Origin: Eledone cirrhosa
Lineage: Eukaryota
DNA: 64,000 nucleotides
Assembly (NCBI GenBank): GCA_964016885.1
Contig: OZ024740.1
Location: 63,798,001-63,862,000, forward strand
Direction: 5' to 3'
In this document: piece by piece, positions 24,660 through 38,755 of the stretch
Layout of the letters: each line of letters starts with the position of its first letter
Numbering within the stretch: the first letter of the stretch is position 1
Made by a program: the position numbers and the translations under genes
The notes under the pieces: model-generated
What the model saw: only the letters and a program-made list of their open reading frames with translations
Told to the model about the DNA's origin: nothing
The model's database searches: none

Positions 24660-25390
24660 CCTTCTTCTTTGCCTACTTATTCCTGAGAAGAGTCCTCAAA
24701 CACTCCTTCCAGTAGGTCCTGTCAGAAGCAACCGTCTCCAACTGATCCAGCTGGATCCCCAAACAAGACCAGCCAAGCTCATAAATGTTATTCAACCATC
24801 TTGCTTGAGGTAAAATCTGTCCAGCAATTCTTTCCTGAGACATTATAACTACATGCCCATAGTATTGAAGCTGTGATCTCTCAGTTCAGATAAGTAGTGG
24901 CTCTACTTGAAGTGACTCTCTGATCTCCAAGCTATGCACTCTATCAAATAAGATTACTCCGAAGACCCTTCAGAAAAAAACCATTTCGGCAACTTGTATT
25001 CGTGATCAGATTCTTTTGGTCATTACCCAAGATTCATGACCATAGGTAAGGGTTGGTACAAATACTGATTACCTAATGCTGAAGCTGGTGCATTACTGCA
25101 TCAGTTCCTGTAATTTTTGCACTTAATTCAGACTCCTGCCTTCCATCACTCATGAACACAGCCGTGAGATACTTGAACTTCTCCACCTGCTTCAGTGGAA
25201 CTCCATTCACATGTAGGGTGCACTGTGCAGGGTTCCTTGAGAGGACAAGTGTCTCAGTTTTCGAAGCACTGATTTTCATTCCAAGTCATGCAGCACTCGG
25301 CATCAAACCTATCAAGTGCAAGTCGGAGATCATCTTCTCTTAAGTTAAGTAACACTATGTCATTTGCAAATTCCAACGTGTTTTGGTCCT
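24660..25390 (-). mobile_element. RTE of a different (Expander/REX3-like) family without the PHD finger
   Basis: MKISASKTETLVLSRNPAQCTLHVNGVPLKQVEKFKYL; related copy at 29560-30210 (+). Confidence 0.7.
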
Positions 25391-27032
25391 CATAGTTAAA
25401 GTTGTGGAAGAACGAAGCATAAACTCTATATAATGTACTCAATGCAAATCCTGAGTACATAGGAGATGTAGTGGGATAACAGGGCAGACTAACAGGAAAG
25501 GAAGACTTTGTATGTAGTAGATGTTCAGGGTCAATTCCCAGTAGAGGAAGACCAAGGAAAACTTGTGCCTGGGTGAGAGTTGATCTTAAATTGTTAAAGC
25601 TCACAAAGATGAAGGAATGCAACAAGTGGAGAGATGCTGTGCTGAACAAAACCCATCCAACTCATGCAAGCGTGGAATAGTGGATGTAAAGGGATGATGA
25701 TTTCTCCAATTCTTCAGAAAAAAATTTGCAATCTGGTAACCTTCCACAACAGTTCTAAGATAAATCAAGTCACCATTTACAAACAGAAGAATCGAGCATC
25801 AACGTTGTGATTTTAAGGAAAAGGTTATTTCCGGAAAAGGCTATTTTACAGTGAGACGTCTTGTTCATCGACTTTAAAATAACTTTCAATAGAGTAGAAA
25901 AATGATTTAAAATCCCTGCTCAAAAGATATGGATTTCTGTACAAATTTGTGGAGTTACACTATGATATGCCAGCATCTCAATAACACAATTTACTTTTTG
26001 CCCATGGACTGGGGTAAATGCTTCGTATGGGACACCACTGTAAGCGATACTTTCGCTCCATCGCACACTCTAAATGCTGTGGAGTGTCTATAGCCGAAAG
26101 GATTAAATGATTGAAATATCTTAATTTGTTAGTGAATTACATTTTTTAGTTCGTGGTATTCAAGACGTTCAGAGGCGCTTGACTTCTGACAACGAAGTTT
26201 TGGAAAGAATGAAATGTGCTTATTTTGTATAAATTAACACAAGAATATTGATGCACTAACTTTGTTTGTGTATATGCTGCCCGCGAAACGGAAAGAACGA
26301 AATGTGAATACAATTTCCATTTCATTTAAGTTTCTCATTTTCTATTTTAACTACAATTTGCATAATCAATATATATATATATATATATTCCATTACATTT
26401 AACTGTGTATGCTTTTCTATTTTAAGTACAAATTTTCATATATACAGAAACACATTCTGTCCTATCGTTTGTGTTAACATTTCGGTTTTCGATTTTCCAT
26501 CTAGAAATTTCACTTTCACTTTAATGAAACTCTAAAATAGGATCATACATTACTGAACCATCGAGTAATGCTTATGATAGTACTTGGCTGTTCTGGTTTT
26601 TCAGCTTCGCTATCATACGAGTAAAGCCGTATGTTTTGGGTTGCCTCAAACATTTTTAGAGGGAAACGCCAACATTCCCTGTTGTAGTGTGCAATTGAGG
26701 GAGTGTACGTGTCTTATCCCTTTTTTCTTTTTGCCTCATTTTTATCCTTACTATCCATTTGCTTATTTGCTTTATGGATTTGATGTGTATCTTAATAAAC
26801 TAATCGATTTACTGCATAAAAAAAAAAATGCCGTGAAAAGACTGCAACTCCATTTCAATATCCGTCTTTAAAATCATGTATCTATCACTCTATATAATAG
26901 GTTGAATCAAACTCCTCTCTATATATTACTGCTAATATAATTTATATTATCGACTGCCCCATCAGGGATGAAAGCAAAGTGGAAGAAACTGGTGGGTTTC
27001 GAACTAATAAAATTGATATATCTTGAACTCAC

Positions 27033-27090
27033 CTGCTGCTTTGTTCTCGGCTATTTGTCGTTCAAACTCTAAGTAATCGGCATCCGTCAT
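27033..27090 (-). CDS. U2AF2: U2AF65 coding exon 1 (MTDADYLEFERQIAENKAA)
   Basis: ATG at 27090-27088; resembles the U2AF65 N-terminus (xxFERQLxENK); ends G|GTGAGT, phase 1, matching exon 2. Confidence 0.88.
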
Positions 27091-27253
27091 TATTGTTAGG
27101 TGATTAGAAACTGAGAGACAGACAACAGGAGAGCGGAAGAAGGAGAAAGACAGAGACAGACAAATACAGAGAGTAAGAGAGCCAAAGAAGAGCGACAGAG
27201 AGAGAGATAGGGAGAAAGACAGGCAGACAGAGAGAGTCAAGTTTGTTGTTGGA
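27091..27253 (-). promoter_or_regulatory. U2AF2 5' UTR: long CT-rich tract between two candidate 3' splice sites
   Basis: AG at 27255-27254 follows ctcgttccctctcttttgt. A second AG at 27112-27111 follows ~130 nt of mostly C/T. A candidate upstream donor GTAAGT lies at 27810-27805. Confidence 0.55.
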
Positions 27254-28195
27254 CTACAAAAGAGAGGGAACGAGAAATAAATTACTATTTTTTACTGAGA
27301 TTGTCTTTGAATGTTTTTATTTTGGTGGAAGTGAATATTGAAAAAATTACACAATTAAATCTGTTCCTACTCTGCTTATACACTCTCTCTTTCTATGTAT
27401 GCATATAAAGAGAGGGGGAAAGTGTGATGCATTGTGGGCGCTTTCAAACTACAATAACAAATAGCTCTATATTGGAGAGTGACTTATTTAGGGGAGGTAA
27501 CTGCTATATGAATGTGATTAAATTTATTTTTCGTTAACTCTTATTGAATATTAAGTTTTGTCGAGAAATAGTGTAACATCATGAAGACTCCTTTTAACCA
27601 TTCAAATAAGGCCCAAAAATAGTCAACTCACTTTAAATTTATAATTTATTTCTTAGGAATAAATGTAAATTTTGATCTTCTGAAGCTAGATGAATATGTC
27701 CAGTGAGAATGAACTATCTTAATCCGGGATACAATGTTGTGTTAGTTACGGAATACTACCCAAATGTACATAGATCAGTAGTGTGATTCTCTCTTGATTC
27801 CGCCACTTACGAGTCTGAAGATCACGTGATTTCGATATAAACCTACGGGAGCATTTACCCTGTGTGTGTGTGTGTCGCTTGACTACCTTAACGCATTATG
27901 CTTGAATTTCCAGCATTTGCTTTCTCATCATGCATTTTGCCGAAAATTCTACCTTTTCCTACATTTACAATATTTTGTGTTTCGCTCCACAATTTTTTAT
28001 TCGGGCTGTCCTTTTAGCTTATATTTCACGGGAACTCCTTTTTATTATTGTATAATCTAATCATAGATAATTTCCGACGCTATTTTATAGGATTGCCATT
28101 ATTGTCATTTAATGTAAATCCAATTTAAATATGATGTGTGTGTTTTATAAGGATTACAAGTAAATTCAGTGAACATTATTCAATGAAGGAATGGC

Positions 28196-28374
28196 GGTGG
28201 ATTGGCAGTATCGGTAGAGGGTGGGACGCCATGCTTTCCAGCATAGTTACGTCCCTTTACGATCAAATCCCGCCGAGGTTGACTTTGCCTTTCATCCTTA
28301 CGGGGTCGATAAAATAAAGTACCAGTAATGCACTGGGTAATTGCTGGCCTTGTGCCTAAAGTAGAAACAATTAT
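28196..28374 (+). mobile_element. Deu/Nin-like tRNA SINE
   Basis: Same family as 6050; 17-bp TSD attattcaatgaaggaa. Confidence 0.82.
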
Positions 28375-28799
28375 TCAATGAAGGAAATATTCAGATTTGA
28401 AGAAATGTCAAAACTGTTTATGCGTTTTACACAATACTATAACCAAGTTTCTACTTTATCATATTTCTACTAAAAGATACTGCCAATAATTTTAAAAATA
28501 AAGAATTTGAAACAAGTGTATGCTTGTTTCATTGACCTTGAAAGGCATATGACCACCTTCCACTGGACTAGTGGGAGTATGAGGGTATGAAGTCCCTATA
28601 TGAATGCCCTAGTATTTGTGTTTGGATATATGGTACTGCGTTTGACTCTACCAAAGGTGTGCATTGTCACCACCTGTTCATAATCATCACAAACAGGATT
28701 GGTATGCACATCCAGGTTGGAAGTTGTACAAGGACCAGCAGGTGCAGGATCAGTTGGCTGGAATATGCAGAATATATGGTACTACTTTTTGAGTCATCC

Positions 28800-29560
28800 C
28801 TCCATTGAAAGTGAAGCATGTACAAAGTTCTTGTTCCAGACTTCCTGATCTCTCATGTAAGCAAGAAGATCCCATCCAGTGAGGCCAGGTCCCTCATCAA
28901 CATAATCTTGATGGCTATGTTTGGATGTCTTACTTGGTACTTTGCATCTGGTGACCAGAGAAGAAGGTTCATCATGGCAGGAAACATGACTAGCAAGAGC
29001 CAAGTGAAGGGATCAAACTGTCAATGACACTAATGGTAGATCACCATAAAGAATTTTGTTGGTAGTGTGACTGCCATAAAATCTTGAACACCACATGTAA
29101 CATCATGGTATAGGAGCCATCAAGTCTCCTTGAGCGAGCGACACAGAGTCCAGGATTCTAAACCATATAGTAAGATGGTTTTGGCCATAGCTTTGAAGAC
29201 TGCACTTTATAGATTTTGGGATGGGAACTTTCCAGATTTTTTGTAGTGAATTTATTGCACACCATGCTTGACCATTTCTGGTGGTCATGTCATGCTCAGA
29301 GTCAGTGTAACCACCCAGATATTTGAATTCTTAAACCAGTTTGATAGGTGAACCATCAGGATATAGTGGATTGAGAGTGGATGGATTCAAATGCATAAAT
29401 TTAGTTTTTGAAGCATTGAGAAACAAACCCACCTCTTGACAAGCAGTCTTGACATGATGGGGAAGGTCCTGAGCTGATTCGATGGTATCTTCCAGAAGAG
29501 TGATGTCATCTGCATAGTTAAGATCAGAGAGCATAATAGCTTGATAATGGTGACTACTTA
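28800..29560 (-). mobile_element. Degraded RTE-clade fragment, third family; related C-terminus at 55775-56140 (-)
   Basis: DLNYADDITLL..VGLFLNASKTK; the 55775 copy reads RRLRLAGH..GRGRPRLTY..DRDRWR. Confidence 0.7.
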
Positions 29561-30599
29561 ACTTGTCTGAATGTGATCTCCAACATGCACTGGATAGGTT
29601 TGCTGCTGAGTGCCACATGATAAGAATGAAAATCAGTGCTGCAAAAAAGAGACACTCGTCCTCTCAAAACAGCCTGTGCAGTGCACTCTACATGTGAATG
29701 GAGTTCCACTGAAGCAGGTGGAGAAATTCAAGTATTTCAGGGCCATGTTCCTGAGTGATTACAAACAGGAAGCTGAATTAAGTACAAGAATTGCACAAGC
29801 TTCAGCATTCAGTCAGAAGATAGGAAGTAGGTGTAAAAGCCAAACTCACTATCTTCATGCCAACCCTTATCTATGGTCATGAATCTTGGGTAATGACGAA
29901 AAGTATACACTCTCAAATACAAGTGGCTGAAATGGGGTTCCTTTGAATGGTTTTTGGAATAATGTTACTTGATAGAGTGCATAACTCTATGAAGCAGTCA
30001 CTTCAGGTAGTCATTACTTCTCAGAACAGAGATCACAGCCCTGAAATTACAGACATGTGGTTAGAATGTTTAAGGAAAGAATTGCTGGTCAGATTTTACA
30101 GGCAAAATCAATTGGTAGGAAACCCATGATCAAGATGAGCTCAGTTGGTCATGCAAGGAAATCCAACCGGATAAATTGGAAGCAGTTATTTTTGATAGGA
30201 CCCTCTAGAAGGTATGGACGTGATGCACATAGATGATGATCACTGGGTGAAGAAGTGCCAAGAAAGCACAGTAGAGGAAGACATGGTCTGAGGCAGTGAA
30301 AGCTGATTTCAAATTGCTGAAACTCATAGAGGAGATGGCAAAGGAAATTGACAAGTGGAAGGATGGTGTGCTAAAAAAAAACACATCCAGACCATGGAAG
30401 CATGGGTGTAAAATGGTTATTACATTAAAAAATTATGATAAAATTCTGAACTTCAGTATCTTTATCATGAAGAAATAATTGATAGTATTGTCTACAGAAA
30501 CTTGGTAATTACTGCTATAGGTCAGTGAGTATTGATAGTGATGATATACACCCATTTTCATTATGTGTGGTGAGATATGGTCTCATATCTAATATATGA

Positions 30600-32660
30600 T
30601 GTTGGCAAATTAGTTGTTCTATAACACTTTCCGTCACTTGGTCCTCTGTAATTACTCCTTTCTAGAACATCACCTTTACCCTTGTAGCAATTTATGATTG
30701 TACTACTGTGCCAGTAATTGGGTATGACTCCGTCCTGTATTATCTGATTGACTACTTATTTGGATGCTTTTAGCATCTCAGCAACTATCTCTGATGATCC
30801 CGCAGCTTTACCATTTTTCATTTCTTTGATTGCTTCTTTAACCCTATAACTCTCAACTTCAATAGCTGGTCCATCTATGTTGGGTAGGTTGGGGGGTAGT
30901 TTCTCTTCCTCCCATTCATTCTCTACATTCATCAATCTCTCATAGTAACATTTTCAGGCTTCTTTCTTTTGAGCATCAGTGGTGCTAATTGCATCGGCAT
31001 CATTTCTGACACATTTCCCCGCAACAACATCATAATTTATACTAACACACTGCCTTGCAATGCAAAACACTTCACATCTATAGTGCTCACATTTCAAGAC
31101 ATTGGCAAACTTTCTTTTTTCAGCCTCTCTCTGAGCTGTCTATACCTGTCATCTAGCTTCTCTCTTAGCAACTTGGTACTGGTTTCTGCTACCCCCATTT
31201 TTCCAGTCTTTCAGTGCCTGTCTGTTGGCTTTTATGGTGCTGTTCCACCACCAGGTCACCCTCTGTCTAGCTGGTGCTTTACTCCACCCACAAATCTCAT
31301 CAGTAGTTTGCAAAAGGTTGTCACATAGGAATTTCCAGTTGTCTTCAATGTTATATGTATGTAGCTCATCATCCCTCTCATCTACTGCATCCTATAGGGC
31401 CTTACTAAACCTATATTTAACTGAAAGGTCCTTTAGCTTGATCTATTATCTGGTGCTCCTTAAGGAAATTAGGTGTAGAAAGTTAGCTTATGAAAGCAAT
31501 GCAATCCATATACAGAGGAGCTGTCAGTAAAGCGAGAGTAGGAAGTAAGTTTAGTGAGGAATTTGAGGTACAGGTAGAAGTTCATCAAGGGTCAAGGTTC
31601 TTAGCCCACTGCTGTTCATCATAGTTCTCCAAGTCATAAAAGAGGAGTTTAAAACTGGCTGTTCATGCGAACATTTCTATGCAGATGATTTGATTCTTAT
31701 AGCCAAATCCATAAAAGAACTAGAGAATAAGTTCTGCCTCCAGAAACAGAATTTATAATCAAAAGGACTGACAGTAAACTTAGCCAAAACTAAATTTCTA
31801 GTGAGTAGGAAAGAAGATAAGACCCTGATGTGCTCAGCAAAGTGGCCCTGCTCCATATGTAGAAAAGGTGAAGGCATAAACTCCATATGGCGTACACAAT
31901 CATAAACGCCATAAGGCGTACACAATGTAAATCTCAGGTACACAAGAGATGTAGTGGGATAACAGGAAAGGAAGACTTTGTATGTAGAAGATGCACAGAA
32001 GAAACCAAACGAGAGAGCAGCAATGGTATAAACCTCTTCAAGTCCCAGGAAGGGTCGATAGAAGTGGTTGACAGCTTCTGCTATCTAGGTGACTTAATTA
32101 GTACCGGAGGATGGTGCTCTGTGAGCATAATAGCTAGAATAAGGATAGGATGGAAGAAGTTTAGAGAGCTACTCCTGCTGTTGACAACAAAAGGTTTCTC
32201 CCTACGTACAAAAGGACGACTGTATGATGCCTATGTGTGAAGTGTAATGCTGGATGGTAGCAAAACATTGGTAGTGACTGTGGAAGACATGCATAGACTG
32301 GAGAGGAATGAAGCAGCCATGCCTCATTGGATGTACCATGTAAATGTGAGAGAAAGGTTGAGCTTGGATGGACTGAGGGAAAAGTTGGGTCTGAGAGTAA
32401 TCTGGGGTGGTGTGCAAGAGAGAAGACTGTGTTGGTACAGACATGTGATTCACATGGATGATGATTGATGGGTGAAGAGGTACCAGGAAATCCCAGTAGA
32501 TGGACGCCGCAGTAGAGGTAGACAGAGAAAGACCTGGGCAGAGGTGGTGAGAGCTACCTCAAATCACTAAGATTCACAGAGTAGAGAGATGCTGTGCTGA
32601 AAACGACACGTCAAACCCATGCAAGCAGGGAAAAGCAGACATAAGAATGATGATGATATG
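30600..32660. mobile_element. Old RTE with inverted 5' half (30600-31445 minus, 31445-32660 plus)
   Basis: The minus part carries TWWWN..KGKGD..NYRG. The plus part continues with the RT, PHD and tail. Confidence 0.75.
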
Positions 32661-33745
32661 CTTAGAATCAGGTATTTTAGATTATACCAATATTTGCACC
32701 TGGCCAATATTTCCAATGCCCCTGGTAGGAATGAAGCAAATTATGATCCTCTCTATAAAGTCTGCTCAATGCTTTATTTATTATCTGAGAAATTTAGAAC
32801 TGTGTAGGTACCTGGAAAAATCTCAGTGTTGATGAAGCAATGATTAGCTATAAGGGTAAGCTACATTTCCAACACTATATGCCAGTTAAACCCATCAGAA
32901 GGGGCCTCAAGTTGTAGGAGCTCTATGAATCAGACACAGAGTACTGTGCAAACTTCGAAAGTTTACACAGAAAAAAAATATAACAATTGATTGGGATATG
33001 ATGTGTGGTCTCTGACTGAACCCTTTCATACTGAACACAGACATGCATATTTTGACCATTTTTTTCTTTGGTGCTTCTGGTAGAGCATCTTTCCCTCGTA
33101 CAATAATGGGCCATTGCAAAGGGCTATCCCAAGAAATAAAATGTACAAAATATGAAAAAAAGAGGGGACATTCTCCAGGTGCAAGGATACATAATAGATT
33201 TTATTCTTGTCTTCAAACCAACAATCAAGTGTTGGGGCTGAAGGTAAACCCTTAGTAAATATTTCCTACAATAAATGCATGGGTGGGGTCAACATATCCG
33301 ACCAGTATTGTGCATACAACCCAGATGAATGTCCTGGAAAAAATTGGTGGAGATACATTTTATGGTCTTTAGTGAATTTAACCATTGTGAATCCCTTTAT
33401 TGTATTCACCAAAAGACACAAAGATCTGGCACCACCAAAGGACTACTGCCACATGAAATTTTGAGTGAATGTTGCATCACAGCTATGTGTAGGGAACACT
33501 TCCTACAAACTCAGAACTGGGAGAAAATCAAAACTAACTAAAGTAGATATAAATAGAGAAAATATTGATTTTCATAAGATAGAAAATATTAATAGAGGAA
33601 GAAAGTTTCTAGAATCTGCTCTTTGCAAAAGAGAAAAATACATTAAAGGTTACCAAATTGAAACATCTTTCAAATGTGCCTTTAGTAAAGTGCCATTATG
33701 TAGAGGTTGCATTGGCCAATTTCATGACAAAAATATTGCCTGACA
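32660..33745 (+). mobile_element. Degraded piggyBac transposase; probable right end AAAGGG|TTAA at 37048-37057
   Basis: DPLYKV, SVDEAMISYKGK..YMPVKP, YNKCMGGVNISDQ, WWRYI and a C-terminal Cys-rich remnant; many stops. Confidence 0.8.
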
Positions 33746-34109
33746 ATTTTAATTATACTGTTAAAAAAAAGATTATTTGAACACAGAAATACCTATTGAT
33801 TTTCTGTTTGTTTATAACTGTATACACCTGTGTCACTCTTGTTAATGGGGTGTTTTTTTATTGGACATGTTCTGTTATGTAAATCTACTTAGTACAAATA
33901 AATTGGCAATAATATATTGACTGGTATAATAGTTTTATACTTTCATTTCAATGAAAATATTTGCATGAAATATAGAGAAAGAATAAAAGTTTGTACTAGT
34001 TATACCAACATTTTAATAAATTTATCTGTTCATGAAAAGTGGTCAAATTGTTGGAAGTCAACATTTGGGTCATTATTGGATAATGTTTGTAACAAAACTA
34101 ACAGGTAAT

Positions 34110-36778
34110 TTTAACATGGAATTACATGTCAGTTGGACTTGTACATTATAATGTTTTGACTTCTATATCAAAGTTCTCACACTTCTGCATTGTTGAATTC
34201 ACCCCTATAGTCACTTATTAATCTCTTAGGTGTCCAAAGATGCTAATCCAGTGTGTAATGAAAGTCTGTATGAATTGTGAAGACTTTTTACTTGTCATAA
34301 TAGCCCCTGCACTAAATCTGGTGAACTCATTAATAACATGTAAATACTATAGATTCTTTTCAAGATCATGCAAATCAACTGCCACAGTTTCATTGAAATC
34401 TGTTGCTTTAGGTAATCAAACACTTGGTCTTGATGGTTGTTTCTGATATCCCTCACAAATGTCACACTCTTCCACTATTTATTTCAGTATTTGTGCGATG
34501 TCTTCCTCATCAATTCCCACATGTTTTAGTAGTCATTGAAGTATTTCTGCTGAAGCATGTCCAAATTGTTTATGTAGCTTTACAAGTTGTTTCTTTTGAT
34601 CCATTTTGTTGATGTTTTCTTTCAAGTGGTATAGTTTCCTTCTTATCAGTATTATCATGTACATTGAGTACTTCTGCATTTGATTCAATGTTTCTGTCTT
34701 ATCTTCTGTCTTTCCTTACAATATCTATGCAGTAGTGACCAGTTGAAGTCAAATCAAGAACCATAGGTTTGTAAACAGCCTTGCCTGATCATTTGGTAAA
34801 TCAAGAACACTTTTAGTCTTCTTAAGAAAAGGTTTTTCAAGTAACAAGAAAATATCTGAGTCTACAACTTCTGTGACAATGTTACACTTGGTTTCAGCTA
34901 TCACTGCAGGTATAGATACACATGATATGGATTTCACTTTAACTCCATCACCAAACCTGAAAGTTTTGTTTGTTTGCTTTGACTTCACAGTCAGTTTTTC
35001 TTTGTCATCTAGGTTTTCAATATATTTATCACTTCTGACCACACACAGTAGTAGTGCAAGCTGTATATATTACTGCACAACCAAATGCTTCTGTCATTAG
35101 AATTTCATTTTCTATTATCAGTTTCTTGGTAAACAATGTCAGATTGCATTGTTCTTCTTGCTCGGCTGTCTCTGACAATTTCACTTCTTCCTTGTAGAGA
35201 CATTCTTTTGCACACTGAAAAGTTGATTGACATACAGTGCAGCGACTTCTTTTCCATAATTTATTCATGGGATTAGATCCCCTCTCAGTCTGATGATTAT
35301 AGCTTGATCTACTACTCCTTCTCATTCGTGAAAATGATGAACTTTGTTCTGACTGTCTCTGTCCAAATTTACTATTTTCAGTGTGATAAAAAAGAATGTG
35401 AAAATAAAGCCAACACAGAAAGCAAAGAAACAAAACCAGCTACAATACAGAAAGTGGTTCTGAAGAACAAATTATCTGACTGGTGATGAAAGAGAAACTC
35501 AAAAAGAAAACAAACACCAACATTTCTCATATCAGAAGTGGACAGAACATTAGTTGGAAAATCAAGAGACTGGAGAGAAGATATCAGCAAAAATACTAAG
35601 CAGGGCAGGAAAAGTAACAGGGAAAAATAAAAACTGGTTCAATTTAGAATATTTACAATCTGAATTTGAGGGAATCTGTCAGTCTGTTGACCTATCGGTG
35701 GTAGAAGATTTAACTGAACAGACAGAGGATGAATCTTGGATATAAGCAAAGAAAGTAGAACTTGAAAACTGGAAGAAGAATAATGTGTACAAAGAAATGA
35801 AAGATGAAGGACAAAAATGTGTCAACAAGATGGGTGTACACTTTGAAAGAGACATCAGATAAAACAACAACTAAAGCAAGACTTGTTGCCAGGGGTTTTG
35901 AAGAAAAGGGGATCAAAGATGTTCAAAAAGATTCTCCTACATGTGCCAGAGAATCTTTAAACTTAATTTTAGTATTGTTCTGTCAGAAAGACTGGAAACC
36001 CAATTCAATGGATATCAAAACTGCTTTCATCCAAGGTAAAAGAATGAACAAAAATTTATATATAAGACCTCCCAAAGAAGTTTGAGTCAAAGGGAAATTA
36101 TAGCACCTTCAAAAGTGTGTGTATGTGTATGGACTAAGTGATGCATCTCTACATTGGTATCAAAGAGTCAAAGCAGTCATGTTTGATCTAGAAGGTAAGG
36201 TATCAAAAGTGGATGCTGCTGTGTTCTACTAGCTCAACAGTGAAGGCAACACCAAAGGAATTTCTGCCTGTCATATGAATGATTTCATTCTGGCTGGAAC
36301 TGAAGAATTTGAAAATGTGGTGATTGCTTCTATAAGAAACTGTTTTAGTTTTGGCAAAGAAGAAACTGAAGCATTTCAGTATCTGGGCATGGAACTTGGA
36401 CATAATGATGGACAAATCACAATAACACATCACAGATATATTGACAATATAAGTTTCATCAAGAATGATAAAACCAGATCATCAATGAAAGATGAACCTT
36501 TAAATGATATTGAAAGGCAGACTTTGAGATCAAAGATTGGTCAGATATGGGTAGCAAAGCAAAGCACAGATGTTATTGTTGATGCACGTGAACTTGCAAT
36601 TACTGTTAAAAATATACACACTGGAATAGCATCTTTAGGCGACCTAAGAGATTAATAAGTGACACTGGGGGAGAATTCAGCTATGCTGAAGTGCATGGCA
36701 TGTGTGAGAACTTTGATATAGAAGTCAAAATTTGTAATGTACAAGTCCAACTGACACGTTATACCATGTTAACAGGTA
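34110..36778. mobile_element. Rearranged Ty1/copia (possibly GalEa-like) remnant: gag-PR-INT on minus, RT on plus
   Basis: Zn-knuckle remnant CTVCQSTFQCAKEC; protease-region TACTTTVCG and FRFGDG; integrase ISDxxGEF; copia RT STRWVYTLK, KARLVARGFEE, MDIKTAFIQG. Confidence 0.8.
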
Positions 36779-37399
36779 AGATACATAAAGTTTAAATTTG
36801 TGTGTTTATTCATAAAGTTATTGCTTTTACACCTGTTAATTTATTTCACCTGCTGATAAAAGTCAAATTTAACAAAAAAAAAACATAATTGTAAATATTG
36901 AAACACCTGCTGACAAAATTTTAAGTCTGCACATTGAAAATTAACAAAGTGTTATAAACAAATATAATTGATAACCCTCTTGAGTATGATTAACTGAAAA
37001 CAATGTAAATAAATAAACAAGACATTTGGAAGAGTAATGTAAATACTAAAGGGTTAAAGAATAAGTTCCATCTTTGGAAACAGAACTTAGAATCAAAAGG
37101 GCTGAGAGTAAACAGCAAAAACCAAAATGTTAATAAGTAGGAAAGATAGGGCACTGATCTCATCAGGGAAGTCACCTTGCTTGATATGTAAAAAAGGATT
37201 AGGCATAAATTCTATAAAATGTACACAATGTAAATCTTGGGTACATGAGAGGTGTAGTGGGATAACAGGCAGACTAACTGGAAAGGAAGTCTTTGTATGT
37301 AGTAGATGTTCAGTATCAATTGATAGTAAGAGTGCCATTAATAAAATAAAAAATACAAACCTTTTCCAATCCCTGCAAACATCTATAAAATAGTGCCTG

Positions 37400-38255
37400 A
37401 AGACATTCCAGTTTCCAAGTGCTCCCCTTCAGTCGCCACTTGGTTCAGGAATGCAGCTTCATCAAGGAGATAAGCTGGGGGAACATGTGTCTGGTGAACA
37501 GTGACCACACCTGTTCACCATTAAGTAAAAGCTGGAGATGTCGTAGCCTTAGCGCATGTGTGCGCATCATCAGCCACAGCATTCTCAGTCCTCTACGCAG
37601 CAGGTGTTGACAGCAGATGGATCGCCTAACCATCAGAATCCATCCCTTCCACAAGAAGTGGAAGAACAAATGCTCCAGTACAGTCAGACAGGGTTTAGGA
37701 CAATGGCATCATGGTCAGGCAGTTGTAGGCCATTAGAGTAGAATCAATAAGGTTTAGTATAGCCGTTGCAATAGAAAAAATAAGAGTAGAGAGAGAACTA
37801 GTTAAAAAACTAGAAGAGGCAATTAACCGTCATCACAACCAACGTGCTTGCAATGAGATTAGCCCTAGACTAATACTTCAATGCTAAGCATGATGGCTGC
37901 ATTGTCAGAGCTAAGGCAGGGTCAAGCAGAGACCAAGGGGACGCTTGGAAACTGGAATGACAGCCTTCTGCAACTCTTGCCAGTCAATGCTGAGTGCTGT
38001 GAAACGCCAATCTCATCAGCTGAGATTTGGGATGCCCTTGTCAGCTGCATGAAGCGCAAGTCACCTGCTTTGGAGGGTCTGCCCTACGAATTTCACATAG
38101 ATATGCCAGACTTGTTCTCCGATTTCCTCAAAGTGGTCTATTGCAAGTGGAAGCAGAACGGGAGCATTCTCAGTTCTATGAGCCAGAGTGTAGTAATGTT
38201 GATGAGGAAAATGAGAACAAGAGGGATAAGTTAGACAATTTCAGGCCCATAATGC
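37400..38255 (+). mobile_element. Degraded Tx1/L1-type LINE fragment
   Basis: KSPALEGLPYEF..VVMLMRK..LDNFRPI resembles the pre-RT region KSPGxDGLPxEFY..NWRPI. Confidence 0.65.
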
Positions 38256-38755
38256 ATACATCATGTCCAACGGCTATTACCACCTGACCATCGTGCCTTA
38301 CCCCCATTCACACCTCACCAAATTGAAATGCCTGCTCTTCAAATTCTTGTGAAAGAGAAAGATTCCATTGGTGAGGTGCTCCATCTGCTGCCAGCACCCT
38401 CTATGCGGAGGGCTGGGTATGCCTTGGCTGATAATGTGCAAACATGTACTAAGGCTATGACATCTTCAGGTATTCTTAAACAGTGAACAGGTGTGGTTGC
38501 CATTTGTGAGACAGGTTTTCTGCAGCTTGTCTCATTGACTGTGCTGCAAATGGAACTATAACATATGTGTTTGTAATTGCCAGCTATCAATATTGTCAGC
38601 ATATTTGTTTGTGAAAAAAATTGTAAACTTTACTATTATGTAATTTCAAATAGAGAAATATATATTTACATCAGTACCCCTATATACACTATAATACACT
38701 GGTAGATCATCTGACAATGAAGCCATACCATAATATTCATTGTATATCTGATAAG

